Shown here in pieces: positions 54,616 to 64,000 of a stretch of DNA of 64,000 bases (positions are counted from its first letter, which is position 1; each line of letters begins with the position of its first letter). The DNA comes from a bacterium (lineage in GTDB: Bacteria > UBA8248): the NCBI GenBank assembly GCA_965213685.1, contig CBDBZY010000031.1:310829-374828 (forward strand), in the 5' to 3' direction. The position numbers were made by a program, and so were the translations under genes. The notes under the pieces were generated by a model. The model saw only the letters and a program-made list of their open reading frames with translations, had not been told where the DNA came from and did no database searches.

Positions 54616-57032
54616 ATGTCTGAAGCTTCTAAATCCGAAACGTATCCGGTCCTGCCCCTGCGGGACATTGTCGTCTTCCCGCATATGATCGTGCCGCTCT
54701 TCGTAGGGCGCGAAAAATCCGTGCGGGCGTTGGAAGACGTGATGGAGAACGACAAACAGATCCTCCTCGTCACGCAGAAAAGCCCGAGCGACGACGATCC
54801 CAGTACCGCCGATATCTACCATACCGGGACCGTGGCCTCGATCCTGCAGCTATTGAAACTGCCGGACGGCACCGTGAAGGTCTTGGTCGAAGGCAACCAG
54901 CGGGCCGTGGTCCAGGATTTCGTCGACAACCCGGCGTTCTTCGAGGCGCAAGTCGAAGCGCTGCCGGAAGACGGTGAAAGCAGCGACGATGTCGAAGCGC
55001 TGATGCGCTCGGTGATCTCGCATTTCGAACAATATGTGAAACTCAACCGCAAGATTCCGCCGGAAACCTTGGTCTCGATCAATCAGATCGACGAAGCCGG
55101 CAAGTTGGCGGACACCATCGCCGCGCATCTGTCTTTGAAGATTCAAGAGAAGCAGGAACTGCTGGAAATCAGCGAGCCGCAGGAGCGGTTAGAGCGCATC
55201 TATGCCTTCATGGAAAGCGAAATCAGCGTCATGCAGGTCGAGCGCAAAATCCGCGGCCGAGTCAAACGGCAGATGGAGAAGACCCAGCGCGAATATTATT
55301 TGAATGAGCAGTTGAAGGCGATCCAGAAAGAACTCGGCGACACCGATGAAAGCCGGGACGAAATCGCCGAACTGGAAGAGAAGATCGAGAAGACCAAGCT
55401 CAGCAAGGAAGCCCGCGAAAAGGCGACGGCGGAGCTGAAGAAGCTGCGCAACATGAGCCCGATGTCGGCGGAAGCCACCGTGGTGCGCAACTATCTCGAT
55501 TGGATGCTATCGATCCCGTGGAAGAAACGGACCCGCATCAAGAAGGATATCAAGCAGGCTGAGATCATTCTCGATGAAGATCATTACGGGCTCGAAAAGG
55601 TCAAGGAACGCATCGTCGAATATCTCGCCGTGCAGCAACGGGCAAAAAAAGTGAAGGGCCCGATCCTATGCCTGGTCGGCCCGCCCGGCGTCGGCAAAAC
55701 CTCGCTCGGCAAATCGATCGCGCGGGCCACGGGCCGCGAATTCGTCCGCATGAGCTTGGGCGGCGTGCGTGACGAAGCCGAAATCCGCGGGCCACCGGCG
55801 GACCTATATCGGCTCAATGCCGGGCAAGGTCATTCAGGGAATGAAAAAGGCCGGCGCCAGTCAACCCGCTGTATCCTGCTCGACGAAATCGACAAGATGG
55901 GGGCGGACTTCCGCGGCGATCCCGCTTCGGCGCTGTTGGAAGTGCTCGATCCGGAACAGAACAACACCTTCAACGATCATTATCTGGAAGTCGATTACGA
56001 TCTGTCCGACGTGATGTTCGTGACCACGGCCAACACTTTGCGCCTGCCGCAGCCGTTGCTCGACCGGATGGAGATCATTCGCTATCGCCGGCTACACCGA
56101 GGATGAGAAGGTCGAAATCGCCAAGCGCCACCTGATCGCCAAGCAAATGGACAACCATGGCCTGAAGGAAGGTGAATGGTCGATATCCGACGGCGCCATC
56201 CGTGATTTGATCCGTTACTATACCCGCGAAGCCGGGGTGCGGAACCTGGAACGCGAAATCGCTAATCTTTGCCGCAAGGCGGTCAAGCTGATCGTGGAAG
56301 GGAGCGAAGAGAAAGTTCGTCATAAGTCGCCGCAATCTTGGCACCTATGCCGGTGTCCGCCGCCATCCGCTTCGGCGAAATCGAGCAGGACGATATGGTC
56401 GGCATCGTCACCGGCCTGGCCTGGACGGAAGTCGGCGGCGAGTTGCTGACAATCGAATCCGTCGTGCTGCCCGGCAAGGGCAGCGTCAAATGATCACCGG
56501 CAAGCTCGGCGATGTGATGCAGGATCGAGTATCCAGGCCGCGACCAGTCCTACGTCCGCTCCCGCTCGCATGAGTTCGGGATTAAACCGAATGTTTTCGA
56601 GAAGCGGGACATCCATGTTCACGTGCCGGAAGGCGCGACGCCGAAGGATGGGCCGTCCGCCGGGGTCGCCATGGCACCTCGATCGTGTCGGTGCTGACCC
56701 GTATTCCGGTGCGCCGGGATATCGCCATGACCGGCGAGATCACCTTGCGCGGCCGGGTGCTGCCGATCGGCGGCTTGAAGGAGAAATTACTGGCGGCGCT
56801 GCGCGGCGGCATCAAGACGGTGTTGATCCCGCAGGACAATGAAAAGGACCTGGCCGAGATTCCGGACAATGTGAAAAAGGGCCTTGAGATCATTCCGGTC
56901 TCGACCCTCGATCAAGTTCTGGAACAGGCCTTGGTGACCCGTCCGGTGCCGATCGAATGGGATGAAGAAGACGAGGCCGAGGCCGACCGCGAGGCCGCGA
57001 AGCGCGAAAGCGAAAGCGTCGTCACCCACTGA
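54616..57032 (+). CDS. lon: Lon protease with multiple frameshifts from ~55790
   Basis: [54 protein letters not shown] (manual reading), [21 protein letters not shown]. Confidence 0.93.
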
Positions 57033-57085
57033 CGTAGACGGCCCGCAGGCCGCCGGAATCGCGGTCCCAGATGGATGAATACGTG

Positions 57086-57110
57086 AAAAACCGGGCTTTG
57101 CCCGGTTTTT
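57086..57110 (+). terminator. Intrinsic (bidirectional-type) terminator after lon
   Basis: AAAAACCGGGC-TTT-GCCCGGTTTTT. Confidence 0.8.
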
Positions 57111-57114
57111 CTCT

Positions 57115-57144
57115 TTGACGCTTACCGGCTATGCCGCCTAGACT
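57115..57144 (+). promoter_or_regulatory. Sigma70-like promoter of the HU gene
   Basis: TTGACG-N18-TAGACT. Confidence 0.55.
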
Positions 57145-57203
57145 AGCGCTCCCTAAAAACAAAAACCTGTGCTTCAACCAAATCACCTGAACAGGGGGGA
57201 AAA

Positions 57204-57476
57204 TTGAATAAGAACGATCTCATCGCGGCTGTCGCGTCGTCGACAGGCATGTCCAAAACCGATGCCTCCGACGCCGTCGAAAGCGTGTTTTCAACTATTA
57301 GTGGGGAACTTGGCAAAGGCAACGAAGTTCGCCTGGTCGGCTTTGGTACTTTTAGCGTCAGTCAACGCAAAGCTTCGCAAGGCCGCAATCCCCGGACTGG
57401 CGAACCGATCCAGATTCCGGCGACCAAACAACCAAAGTTCAAGGCCGGCAAGGGTCTGAAAGACGCAGTCAATTAA
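57204..57476 (+). CDS. hupB: DNA-binding protein HU
   Basis: MNKNDLI...VRLVGFGTF...GRNPRTGE...KFKAGKGLKDAVN. TTG start, downstream of lon. Confidence 0.93.
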   Translation: MNKNDLIAAVASSTGMSKTDASDAVESVFSTISGELGKGNEVRLVGFGTFSVSQRKASQGRNPRTGEPIQIPATKQPKFKAGKGLKDAVN

Positions 57477-57501
57477 CAGTTCGCGAAATAATCTGTTGAA
57501 T

Positions 57502-57533
57502 ATACCGGTTGCCTTAGTGTAACCGGTATTTTC
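57502..57533 (+). terminator. Terminator-like hairpin after HU
   Basis: ATACCGGTTGC-CTTAGT-GTAACCGGTAT followed by TTTC. Confidence 0.6.
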
Positions 57534-57541
57534 ATTTTGGC

Positions 57542-57617
57542 GGGCGGTTAGCTCAGTTGGAAGAGCATCTCGTTTACACCGAGAGGGTCGGCAGTTCGAG
57601 CCTGTCACCGCCCACCA
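57542..57617 (+). tRNA. tRNA-Val(TAC)
   Basis: GGGCGGTTAGCTCAG...loop TTTACAC...GTTCGAGCC...CCA. Confidence 0.96.
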
Positions 57618-57652
57618 TTATCGCTGACCAGCATTGCCATGAGGGCGGGTTC

Positions 57653-58078
57653 ATGCGCGGCGTTGTATCAATAATTGCCTTGCTGCTGTTTTTGGCATCG
57701 GCCTCGGTGGTATCGGCGCAAAGCAGTAACCCTGCCGACCGCGACGAAGCGTCAACCGGCCCGTCGGAAGGCGATCAAAACCTGAGATCTTGGCAGCAAT
57801 TTACCGGCGCCGATTATTTGACCTTGCCCGACGTCGATCGCGAAGCCTATGCCGCCGGCCTGTCGGACGCATACAACTGGACCTATATGGGCGGCTTCAG
57901 GAAGATGCATTGGATGGTCACCTGTACGAACGACAAATGGGGCCTGCAGCTGGCAGCGATGTTTGACAAGTGGCTGGAGGAACATCCCGACCGCTGGGAC
58001 GAACCGGCAGCCAAACTGTTTGCCTTCGCGGTGTTTCAGCAATGCGACTTCGGCATCGACAAGAAGGCGAAGCAATAA
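57653..58078 (+). CDS. Exported protein, Rap1a-like motif
   Basis: Signal peptide; YAAGLSD...C...QLAAMFDKWLEEHPDRWDEPAAKL...C pattern. Confidence 0.6.
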   Translation: MRGVVSIIALLLFLASASVVSAQSSNPADRDEASTGPSEGDQNLRSWQQFTGADYLTLPDVDREAYAAGLSDAYNWTYMGGFRKMHWMVTCTNDKWGLQLAAMFDKWLEEHPDRWDEPAAKLFAFAVFQQCDFGIDKKAKQ

Positions 58079-58160
58079 ATTTCCGTCACCGGCGGAATTC
58101 CACGGATGCCCGCTTGACAGCGCATCGGGCGCCCTATATTAGAAGCCGTCCCAAGTCGAA

Positions 58161-58237
58161 GGGGGTGTAGCTCAGTTGGTTAGAGCGCTGGCCTGTCACG
58201 CCAGAGGCCGCGGGTTCGAGTCCCGTCACTCCCGCCA
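58161..58237 (+). tRNA. tRNA-Asp(GTC)
   Basis: GGGGGTGTAGCTCAG...loop CTGTCAC...GTTCGAGTCC...CCA. TTGACA-N17-TATTAG promoter upstream and hairpin plus T run downstream. Confidence 0.96.
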
Positions 58238-58294
58238 TCGCTTGGTAAAAATGCCCCGCGTCCTGCGGGGTTTTTCATGTCCGCGTATTGATCA

Positions 58295-58480
58295 TTAACG
58301 CCCGTTCCGATAGCGGTTCGCCTCGATCGCGGCGCGTCGGGATTCGGCGTCTATGCAAGCTTGATAGTCGGCGCTGCCGGCTTTCAGGCCTTTATCCTCG
58401 CAGGCACGGCCCATATAGCCATCGGCCTGACAGGCGGCGAGGCCGAATGCCAAACATGCGATCGCGAAAGCTCTTATCAT
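58295..58480 (-). CDS. Small lipoprotein
   Basis: MIRAFAIACLAFGLAAC lipobox, RBS AAGGAG, C-x3-G-x3-GS-x2-Y-x2-C. Confidence 0.65.
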   Translation of the reverse strand: MIRAFAIACLAFGLAACQADGYMGRACEDKGLKAGSADYQACIDAESRRAAIEANRYRNGR

Positions 58481-58629
58481 GTCGTGCTCCTTCACCTCAA
58501 TGTTACACGTAACCACAATCCCGCCGGGTCACAATATTGATATCCGTGGTCAGCCGATTTCTGTGCCGCGCCAGCTTTGATGGGTGTTATACTGGCGTTC
58601 GATGCAGCGGTCTTGTAGGAGTGTTAAGG

Positions 58630-58806
58630 ATGATGATCGGACGCGTTTTCGCGGGCGCAGGGATATTGGCGCTCGCATTGTTTTTGACGGCGTGTGAATC
58701 GAACCGGAAATTCGTCATCAACTCGACCTCCTTCGATACTTATCAGGCCTGCCGCGGTGCCGAGTATTCCTGGGGCCGTTGCACGGACTACCGCGACGGC
58801 CGCTAA
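58630..58806 (+). CDS. Small lipoprotein
   Basis: MMIGRVFAGAGILALALFLTAC lipobox, RBS AGGAG, two further Cys. Confidence 0.55.
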   Translation: MMIGRVFAGAGILALALFLTACESNRKFVINSTSFDTYQACRGAEYSWGRCTDYRDGR

Positions 58807-58970
58807 AGGCCCGGGATTACGGCCTATTCGGGGATCGCCGAAAAGACCGGAAATCCGCCGTTCCCCCGCCAAAAAAACCCACTCCCTCTGCTTGCAGGCC
58901 CGATCATAAGCCGTTATACGTGCCAAGGTATTTTCCCTCCACGGCACACGCCGGGTGAAAAGGTTTCGGA

Positions 58971-59336
58971 ATGGAAGCTTTGCTGCTGGAATATCTGCCA
59001 ATCCTGCTCTTCCTGGGTGTCGCGGTGGGATTGTCCGCGGTGATGGTCATCGCTTCAATGATCATTGCCCGCCAGCATCCGGACCCGGAAAAACTATCGG
59101 CCTATGAATGCGGATTCGAAGCCTTTGGCGATGCCCGCATGCAATTCGACGTACGTTTCTATCTGGTCGCTATCCTGTTCATCATCTTCGATCTTGAGGT
59201 TGCTTTCCTCTTCCCCTGGGCGATCACGCTTGGCACCGTGGGGGTCTTTGGCTTCTGGTCGATGATGGTGTTCCTCGGCGTGCTGACCGTCGGCTTCATC
59301 TACGAATGGAAGAAGGGAGCCTTGGAATGGGAGTAG
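58971..59336 (+). CDS. nuoA: NADH-quinone oxidoreductase subunit A
   Basis: [40 protein letters not shown]. Confidence 0.97.
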   Translation: MEALLLEYLPILLFLGVAVGLSAVMVIASMIIARQHPDPEKLSAYECGFEAFGDARMQFDVRFYLVAILFIIFDLEVAFLFPWAITLGTVGVFGFWSMMVFLGVLTVGFIYEWKKGALEWE

Positions 59337-59869
59337 AAGGAACAACCTCCGATCCGGCGCCCGGCCTGGGCGAACAGCATCCCTACTTCAAGGAGTTCTC
59401 TGACGAACTGGCCGATAAGGGCTATGTCGTTTCGCAGGTCGATAAGCTGGTGAATTGGGCCCGCACGGGATCGATCTGGCCGATGACCTTCGGGTTGGCC
59501 TGCTGCGCCGTGGAGATGATCCACGCCTATATGCCGCGTTATGATCTTGACCGTTTCGGCGTGGTGCCACGCGCCTCGCCCCGGCAGGCCGACGTGATGA
59601 TTGTCGCCGGCACCCTGACCAACAAGATGGCGCCGGCACTGCGTAAGGTCTATGACCAAATGGCCGAGCCGCGCTACGTCATCTCGATGGGCAGCTGTGC
59701 CAATGGCGGCGGCTACTATCACTATTCCTATTCGGTGGTACGGGGTTGCGACCGCATTGTGCCGGTCGATATTTATGTACCGGGCTGTCCGCCGACGGCG
59801 GAAGCGCTGGTCTATGGCATCATGCAGCTGCAGAAGAAAATCCGCCGCACCGGCACTTTCCTCAGATAA
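59327..59869 (+). CDS. nuoB: NADH-quinone oxidoreductase subunit B
   Basis: [35 protein letters not shown]. Confidence 0.97.
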   Translation: MGVEGTTSDPAPGLGEQHPYFKEFSDELADKGYVVSQVDKLVNWARTGSIWPMTFGLACCAVEMIHAYMPRYDLDRFGVVPRASPRQADVMIVAGTLTNKMAPALRKVYDQMAEPRYVISMGSCANGGGYYHYSYSVVRGCDRIVPVDIYVPGCPPTAEALVYGIMQLQKKIRRTGTFLR

Positions 59870-59908
59870 ACGCGGGCAACGGGCAGAAATACGAGGGCAG
59901 AAGACCAG

Positions 59909-60526
59909 ATGGACGTAAGCGCGCTCGAGGAACTGGGCGAAACCATCGCCGCGGCACAGGCTGCGGATGTCAAAGAAACCGCTGTCGCCCATGGCGAACT
60001 TATGGTCATGGCGCGGCCCGAGAACCTTCCGGCCTTGATGAAGTATCTGCGCGACGATCCGCAATGTCAGTTCAAGCAACTGGTCGATGTGACCGCCGTC
60101 GATTGGCCCGAGCGTGCGGAACGCTTCGAGGTTGTCTACAATCTGCTCAGCGTCAAGCACAATCAGCGGGTCCGCCTGAAAGTCGATGTCGCGGAAGATC
60201 AAGTGATCCCCAGTGTCAGTCATATCTTTCGCACCGCCGGATGGTTCGAACGTGAGGTTTGGGACATGTTCGGGGTGATGTTTGCCGATCACCCAGACTT
60301 GCGCCGGATCCTGACCGACTATGGGTTCGAAGGACATCCGTTGCGTAAGGATTTCCCGACCACCGGCTACGTTGAAGTGCGTTACGACGACGAACAGAAG
60401 CGGGTGGTCTATGAGCCGGTCGATTTGCCGCAAGAATTCCGCCGCTTCGATTTCATGAGCCCGTGGGAAGGCGCCAACTACGTCCTGCCCGGCGATGAAA
60501 AAGCCGATGAGCCGGAGGGTGCGTAA
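59909..60526 (+). CDS. nuoC: NADH-quinone oxidoreductase subunit C
   Basis: [32 protein letters not shown]. Confidence 0.97.
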   Translation: MDVSALEELGETIAAAQAADVKETAVAHGELMVMARPENLPALMKYLRDDPQCQFKQLVDVTAVDWPERAERFEVVYNLLSVKHNQRVRLKVDVAEDQVIPSVSHIFRTAGWFEREVWDMFGVMFADHPDLRRILTDYGFEGHPLRKDFPTTGYVEVRYDDEQKRVVYEPVDLPQEFRRFDFMSPWEGANYVLPGDEKADEPEGA

Positions 60527-61704
60527 TGTCGGAAGTGGCGATCAAAAACCTGACATTCAATTTCGGCCCGCAACATCCGGCCGCCCATGGCGTGCTGCGC
60601 TTGGTGATGGAGATGGATGGCGAGCTGATCGAACGCATCGATCCGCATATCGGCCTGCTGCACCGCGGCACCGAAAAACTGATCGAGGCCAAGACCTATC
60701 TGCAGGCGCTGCCTTATCTCGACCGCCTCGATTATGTCTCGCCGATGTGCATGGAGCATGCCTATTGTCTGGCGATCGAGAAGTTGCTGGCCATCGCGCC
60801 GTCGCCGCGCGGTATGGTTCTAAGGGTGCTGTTTTCGGAAATCACCCGGCTCCTCAACCATCTGCTGAACACCACTCACCAAGCCGGCGATGTCGGAGCG
60901 GTGACGCCGTTGCTCTGGGGTTATGAAGAGCGCGAGAAGCTGATGGAGTTTTACGAGCGCGCCTCGGGCGCGCGCATGCATGCCGCCTATTTCCGGCCCG
61001 GCGGCGTCCATCAGGACGTTCCGCAACAACTGCTCGACGACATTTACGAACATTCGAAGACCTTCCATACCTTCATCGATGACTTCACAACCTTGGTCGT
61101 CGACAACCGGATATTCCGGCAACGCAATGTCGATATCGGACCGGTCAATCAGGAAGATGCGCTCAATTGGGGGTTCACCGGGGTGATGCTGCGGTCGACA
61201 GGTATTCCCTGGGATTTGCGCAAGTCGCAACCCTATGACGGTTACGAGGATTACGATTTCGATGTCCCGGTCGGCAAAACCGGCGACTGCTTCGAACGTT
61301 TCCTTTGCCGCCTGGAAGAAATGCGGCAATCGGTGCGGATCATTCAGCAGGCGATCGAGAAAATGCCGGACGGCCCCTGTAGCTCCGATGACCGCAAGAT
61401 CACGCCGCCGAAACGGGGGGATATGAAACATTCGATGGAAGCTCTAATCCATCACTTTAAGCTTTACACGGAAGGCTTTCACGTACCTGCCGGAGAGACC
61501 TATACAGCGGTCGAGGCACCGAAGGGCGAATTTGGCGTTTATCTGGTTTCCGACGGTAGCAACCGGCCTTACCGCTGCAAACTGCGGTCGCCCGGATATG
61601 TGCATCTGCAGGCCACCGATTTTCTCTGCAAAGGCCATATGCTAGCGGATTCGGTGGCTATCGTCGGCGCCATGGATGTTGTTTTTGGTGAGATCGATCG
61701 ATGA
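60526..61704 (+). CDS. nuoD: NADH-quinone oxidoreductase subunit D
   Basis: [37 protein letters not shown]. Confidence 0.97.
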   Translation: MSEVAIKNLTFNFGPQHPAAHGVLRLVMEMDGELIERIDPHIGLLHRGTEKLIEAKTYLQALPYLDRLDYVSPMCMEHAYCLAIEKLLAIAPSPRGMVLRVLFSEITRLLNHLLNTTHQAGDVGAVTPLLWGYEEREKLMEFYERASGARMHAAYFRPGGVHQDVPQQLLDDIYEHSKTFHTFIDDFTTLVVDNRIFRQRNVDIGPVNQEDALNWGFTGVMLRSTGIPWDLRKSQPYDGYEDYDFDVPVGKTGDCFERFLCRLEEMRQSVRIIQQAIEKMPDGPCSSDDRKITPPKRGDMKHSMEALIHHFKLYTEGFHVPAGETYTAVEAPKGEFGVYLVSDGSNRPYRCKLRSPGYVHLQATDFLCKGHMLADSVAIVGAMDVVFGEIDR

Positions 61705-62324
61705 GCGGACGTCACCCAGCGCCTGAACAGGCGCAGCCGGAGAGCTTCGAGTTCACCGCCGAAACCATGGCGATGGCGGAAAAGATCATCGCCAAGTACC
61801 CGGCCGGTAGGCAAGCCAGTGCGGTCATGCCGCTGTTGGATCTGGCCCAGCGGCAACACGACAATTGGCTGCCGCGGGTGGCGATGGACTATGTCGCCGG
61901 GCTGCTGAAGATGCCGCCGATCCGGGTCTATGAGGTCGCGACCTTCTACACCATGTATAATCTCGCGCCGGTCGGAAAACACTTCCTGCAGATTTGCACC
62001 ACGACACCGTGCTGGCTGCGTGGTTCCAGTGATATTGTCGATGCCTGCAAGGATGAGTTGGGCATTGGTCCTGGAGAGACCACGGCGGACGGACTTTTCA
62101 CCTGGATCGAGGTTGAATGCCTCGGCGCCTGCGTGAACGCGCCGATGATACAAATTAACGACGACTATTATGAAGACCTGACGCCGGAGAGCACGCGGGC
62201 GATCCTTAAGGCGCTGCGCGACGGCGAGACACCGACACCGGGTCCGCAAAGCGGCCGCAAAACCTCGGAACCGTCGGGCGGGTTGACGACATTAACCGAA
62301 ATGGCAAGCGCGGGTGCCGACTGA
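61701..62324 (+). CDS. nuoE: NADH-quinone oxidoreductase subunit E
   Basis: [25 protein letters not shown]. Confidence 0.97.
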   Translation: MSGRHPAPEQAQPESFEFTAETMAMAEKIIAKYPAGRQASAVMPLLDLAQRQHDNWLPRVAMDYVAGLLKMPPIRVYEVATFYTMYNLAPVGKHFLQICTTTPCWLRGSSDIVDACKDELGIGPGETTADGLFTWIEVECLGACVNAPMIQINDDYYEDLTPESTRAILKALRDGETPTPGPQSGRKTSEPSGGLTTLTEMASAGAD

Positions 62325-63221
62325 TGTTGAAGGACGCGGATCGCATTTTCACCAACCTTTATGGTTATCAATCCTGGGGTCTGGACGCAGCCCGCCGGCG
62401 CGGCGATTGGGACGGCACCAAGGCGATCATCGAAAAAGGCGCCGACTGGATTGTCAGCGAAATGAAGGATAGCGGCCTGCGCGGGCGCGGCGGTGCCGGT
62501 TTTCCGACCGGGCTCAAATGGTCGTTCATGCCGAAGGATACCGGCGGCCGGCCGTCTTATCTGGTGGTCAACGCGGACGAGGGCGAACCCGGGACCTGCA
62601 AAGACCGGGAAATCATGCGCCACGATCCGCACAAGCTGGTTGAGGGTTGCCTGCTGGCCGGGTTCGCCATGCATGCGAGCGCCGCCTATATCTATATTCG
62701 CGGTGAGTTCCATCATGAAGGCAATGTCCTGGATGCGGCGATCGACGAAGCCTACGAAGCCGGCCTCATCGGCAAAAATGCCTGCGGTTCCGGCTACGAC
62801 TTCGACGTCTATGTGCACCGTGGCGCCGGTGCCTATATTTGCGGCGAGGAAACCGCACTGATCGAAAGTCTGGAAGGCAAGAAGGGCCAGCCGCGCTTGA
62901 AACCGCCGTTCCCGGCCGGCGTCGGGGTTTGGGGCTGCCCGACCACGGTCAACAATGTCGAAAGTATCGCGGTGGCGCCAACCATCCTGCGGCGCGGCGC
63001 ATCGTGGTTTACCCAGCTTCGGGCGGGAAAATAATCACGGTACTAAGATCTTTTGTATCTCGGGCCATGTGAACAATCCCTGCAATGTCGAAGAAGCGAT
63101 GTCGATCCCGCTGAAGGAATTGATCGAGAAACATGCCGGCGGAGTGCGTGGTGGTTGGGACAATCTGCTGGCGGTGATCCCGGGCGGTTCGTCCGTGCCG
63201 GTGCTGCCGAAATCGATCTGC
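62324..63221 (+). CDS. nuoF: NADH-quinone oxidoreductase subunit F, frameshift at ~63013, truncated at ~63221
   Basis: [32 protein letters not shown], then [12 protein letters not shown]...VIPGGSSVP...SIC. The C-terminal Fe-S domain is missing. Confidence 0.92.
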
Positions 63222-64000
63222 TGTCGCGAGAGCGGGTTCTTCTACATCGTCGGCCACGGCGTCGACGAAGACCTGCAACGGCGACTCGAAGAGGCCAGTC
63301 GGCGGTTCTTCGATCAGCCTCGTGAGAGGAAGCTCGAGATCGGTATGTCGCGGGGCGGCAAAGCCTGGCGCGGGTATTTTTCTGTCGGTGACGAACTGAC
63401 GTCGGGGCGGCCGGATCGGAAGGAAGGCATCTACTTCGGAATCGAACTCGGCGAGGAAGATCCGCGCGTCAGCGCCGGGACGCCGTTGCACGGGGCGAAT
63501 CTGTTTCCCGCCGACCTGCCCGAACTGCGCGAGGTGGTCCTCGAGTACATGGCTGCCCTGACGCAACTCGGGCATGCGCTGATGAGAGGGCTGTCACTCG
63601 GCCTGGGGCTCGACGAAGCGTACTTTTCCGACCGCTACACGGCCGATCCTCTGATTCTGTTCCGCATCTTTCACTACCCCGAGCCGGAACGGCATCCCGA
63701 GATCGACTCGGAACAGGGCGTCGGCGAGCACACCGATTACGGGCTGCTGACGATTCTGAAGCAGGACATGACCGGCGGTCTTCAGATCAAGACCGGGGCC
63801 GGCTGGATCGACGCCCCGCCGATTCCGAATTCGTTCGTCTGCAACATCGGCGACATGCTCGATCGCATGACCGCCGGGCGGTACCTCTCGACGCCGCACC
63901 AGGTTCGAAGTCCAAAGAACGCAGGCCGGCTCTCGTTCCCTTTCTTCTTCGACCCGGATTTCGACGCCGACGTTCGGCCGATCGACCTCGACGGCGAAGT
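63222..64000 (+). CDS. Isopenicillin N synthase-family 2OG-Fe(II) oxygenase (internal fragment, runs off the window end)
   Basis: Manual translation: [14 protein letters not shown]...RGY...DRKEG...HYP...[15 protein letters not shown]...[10 protein letters not shown]...STPHQV...RLSFPFF (HxD...H triad, RxS). Confidence 0.9.

Noticed and set aside
50793-57032. Programmed frameshifting or true pseudogenes in tig, clpP and lon
   Set aside because: There are too many scattered single-base indels with no slippery-site pattern in conserved genes. Read error is more parsimonious.
50646-58237. tRNA-anchored genomic island or prophage
   Set aside because: No integrase, phage genes or duplicated tRNA 3' ends are present, and the flanking genes are core housekeeping genes.
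62324-64000. Natural NuoF-2OG oxygenase fusion
   Set aside because: Both halves are truncated and the rest of the nuo operon is missing, so it is best explained as a chimeric join.

Overview
The window looks like a mosaic of three segments joined inside genes. Segment A (1-~37056) is very GC-rich and nearly indel-free. It carries a ribose-type ABC transporter, a complete rrn operon (16S-tRNA-Ile-tRNA-Ala-23S-5S, not alphaproteobacterial), amtB, gpmI, a LIV-type ABC transporter, ctpA and a long minus-strand run of redox and catabolic genes. Two genes in that run are split by in-frame TGA codons in redox motifs, each followed by a SECIS-like hairpin. One is a UGSC protein (D-U-G-S-C-T-S-C, resembling the glycine reductase GrdB active site) lying between an uncharacterised 364-aa partner and a CaiB-type CoA-transferase. 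The other is an AhpD/CMD-like CxxU protein (C-N-Y-U) in tandem with a paralogue that lacks the motif. This apparent double-selenoprotein cluster is the best candidate for an undescribed system. Segment B (~37057-63221) is alphaproteobacterial-like and lower in GC, with many single-base indels that are probably read errors. It holds a thiolase 3' half, an ASST/P450/LLM/PhyH/desaturase/rSAM/MFS cluster, metY, tRNA-Leu-tig-clpP-clpX-lon-HU-tRNA-Val-tRNA-Asp and nuoABCDE plus a truncated nuoF. Segment C (63222-64000) is an internal part of an IPNS-like 2OG-Fe(II) oxygenase. Family assignments come from motif recognition only; no database searches were run.
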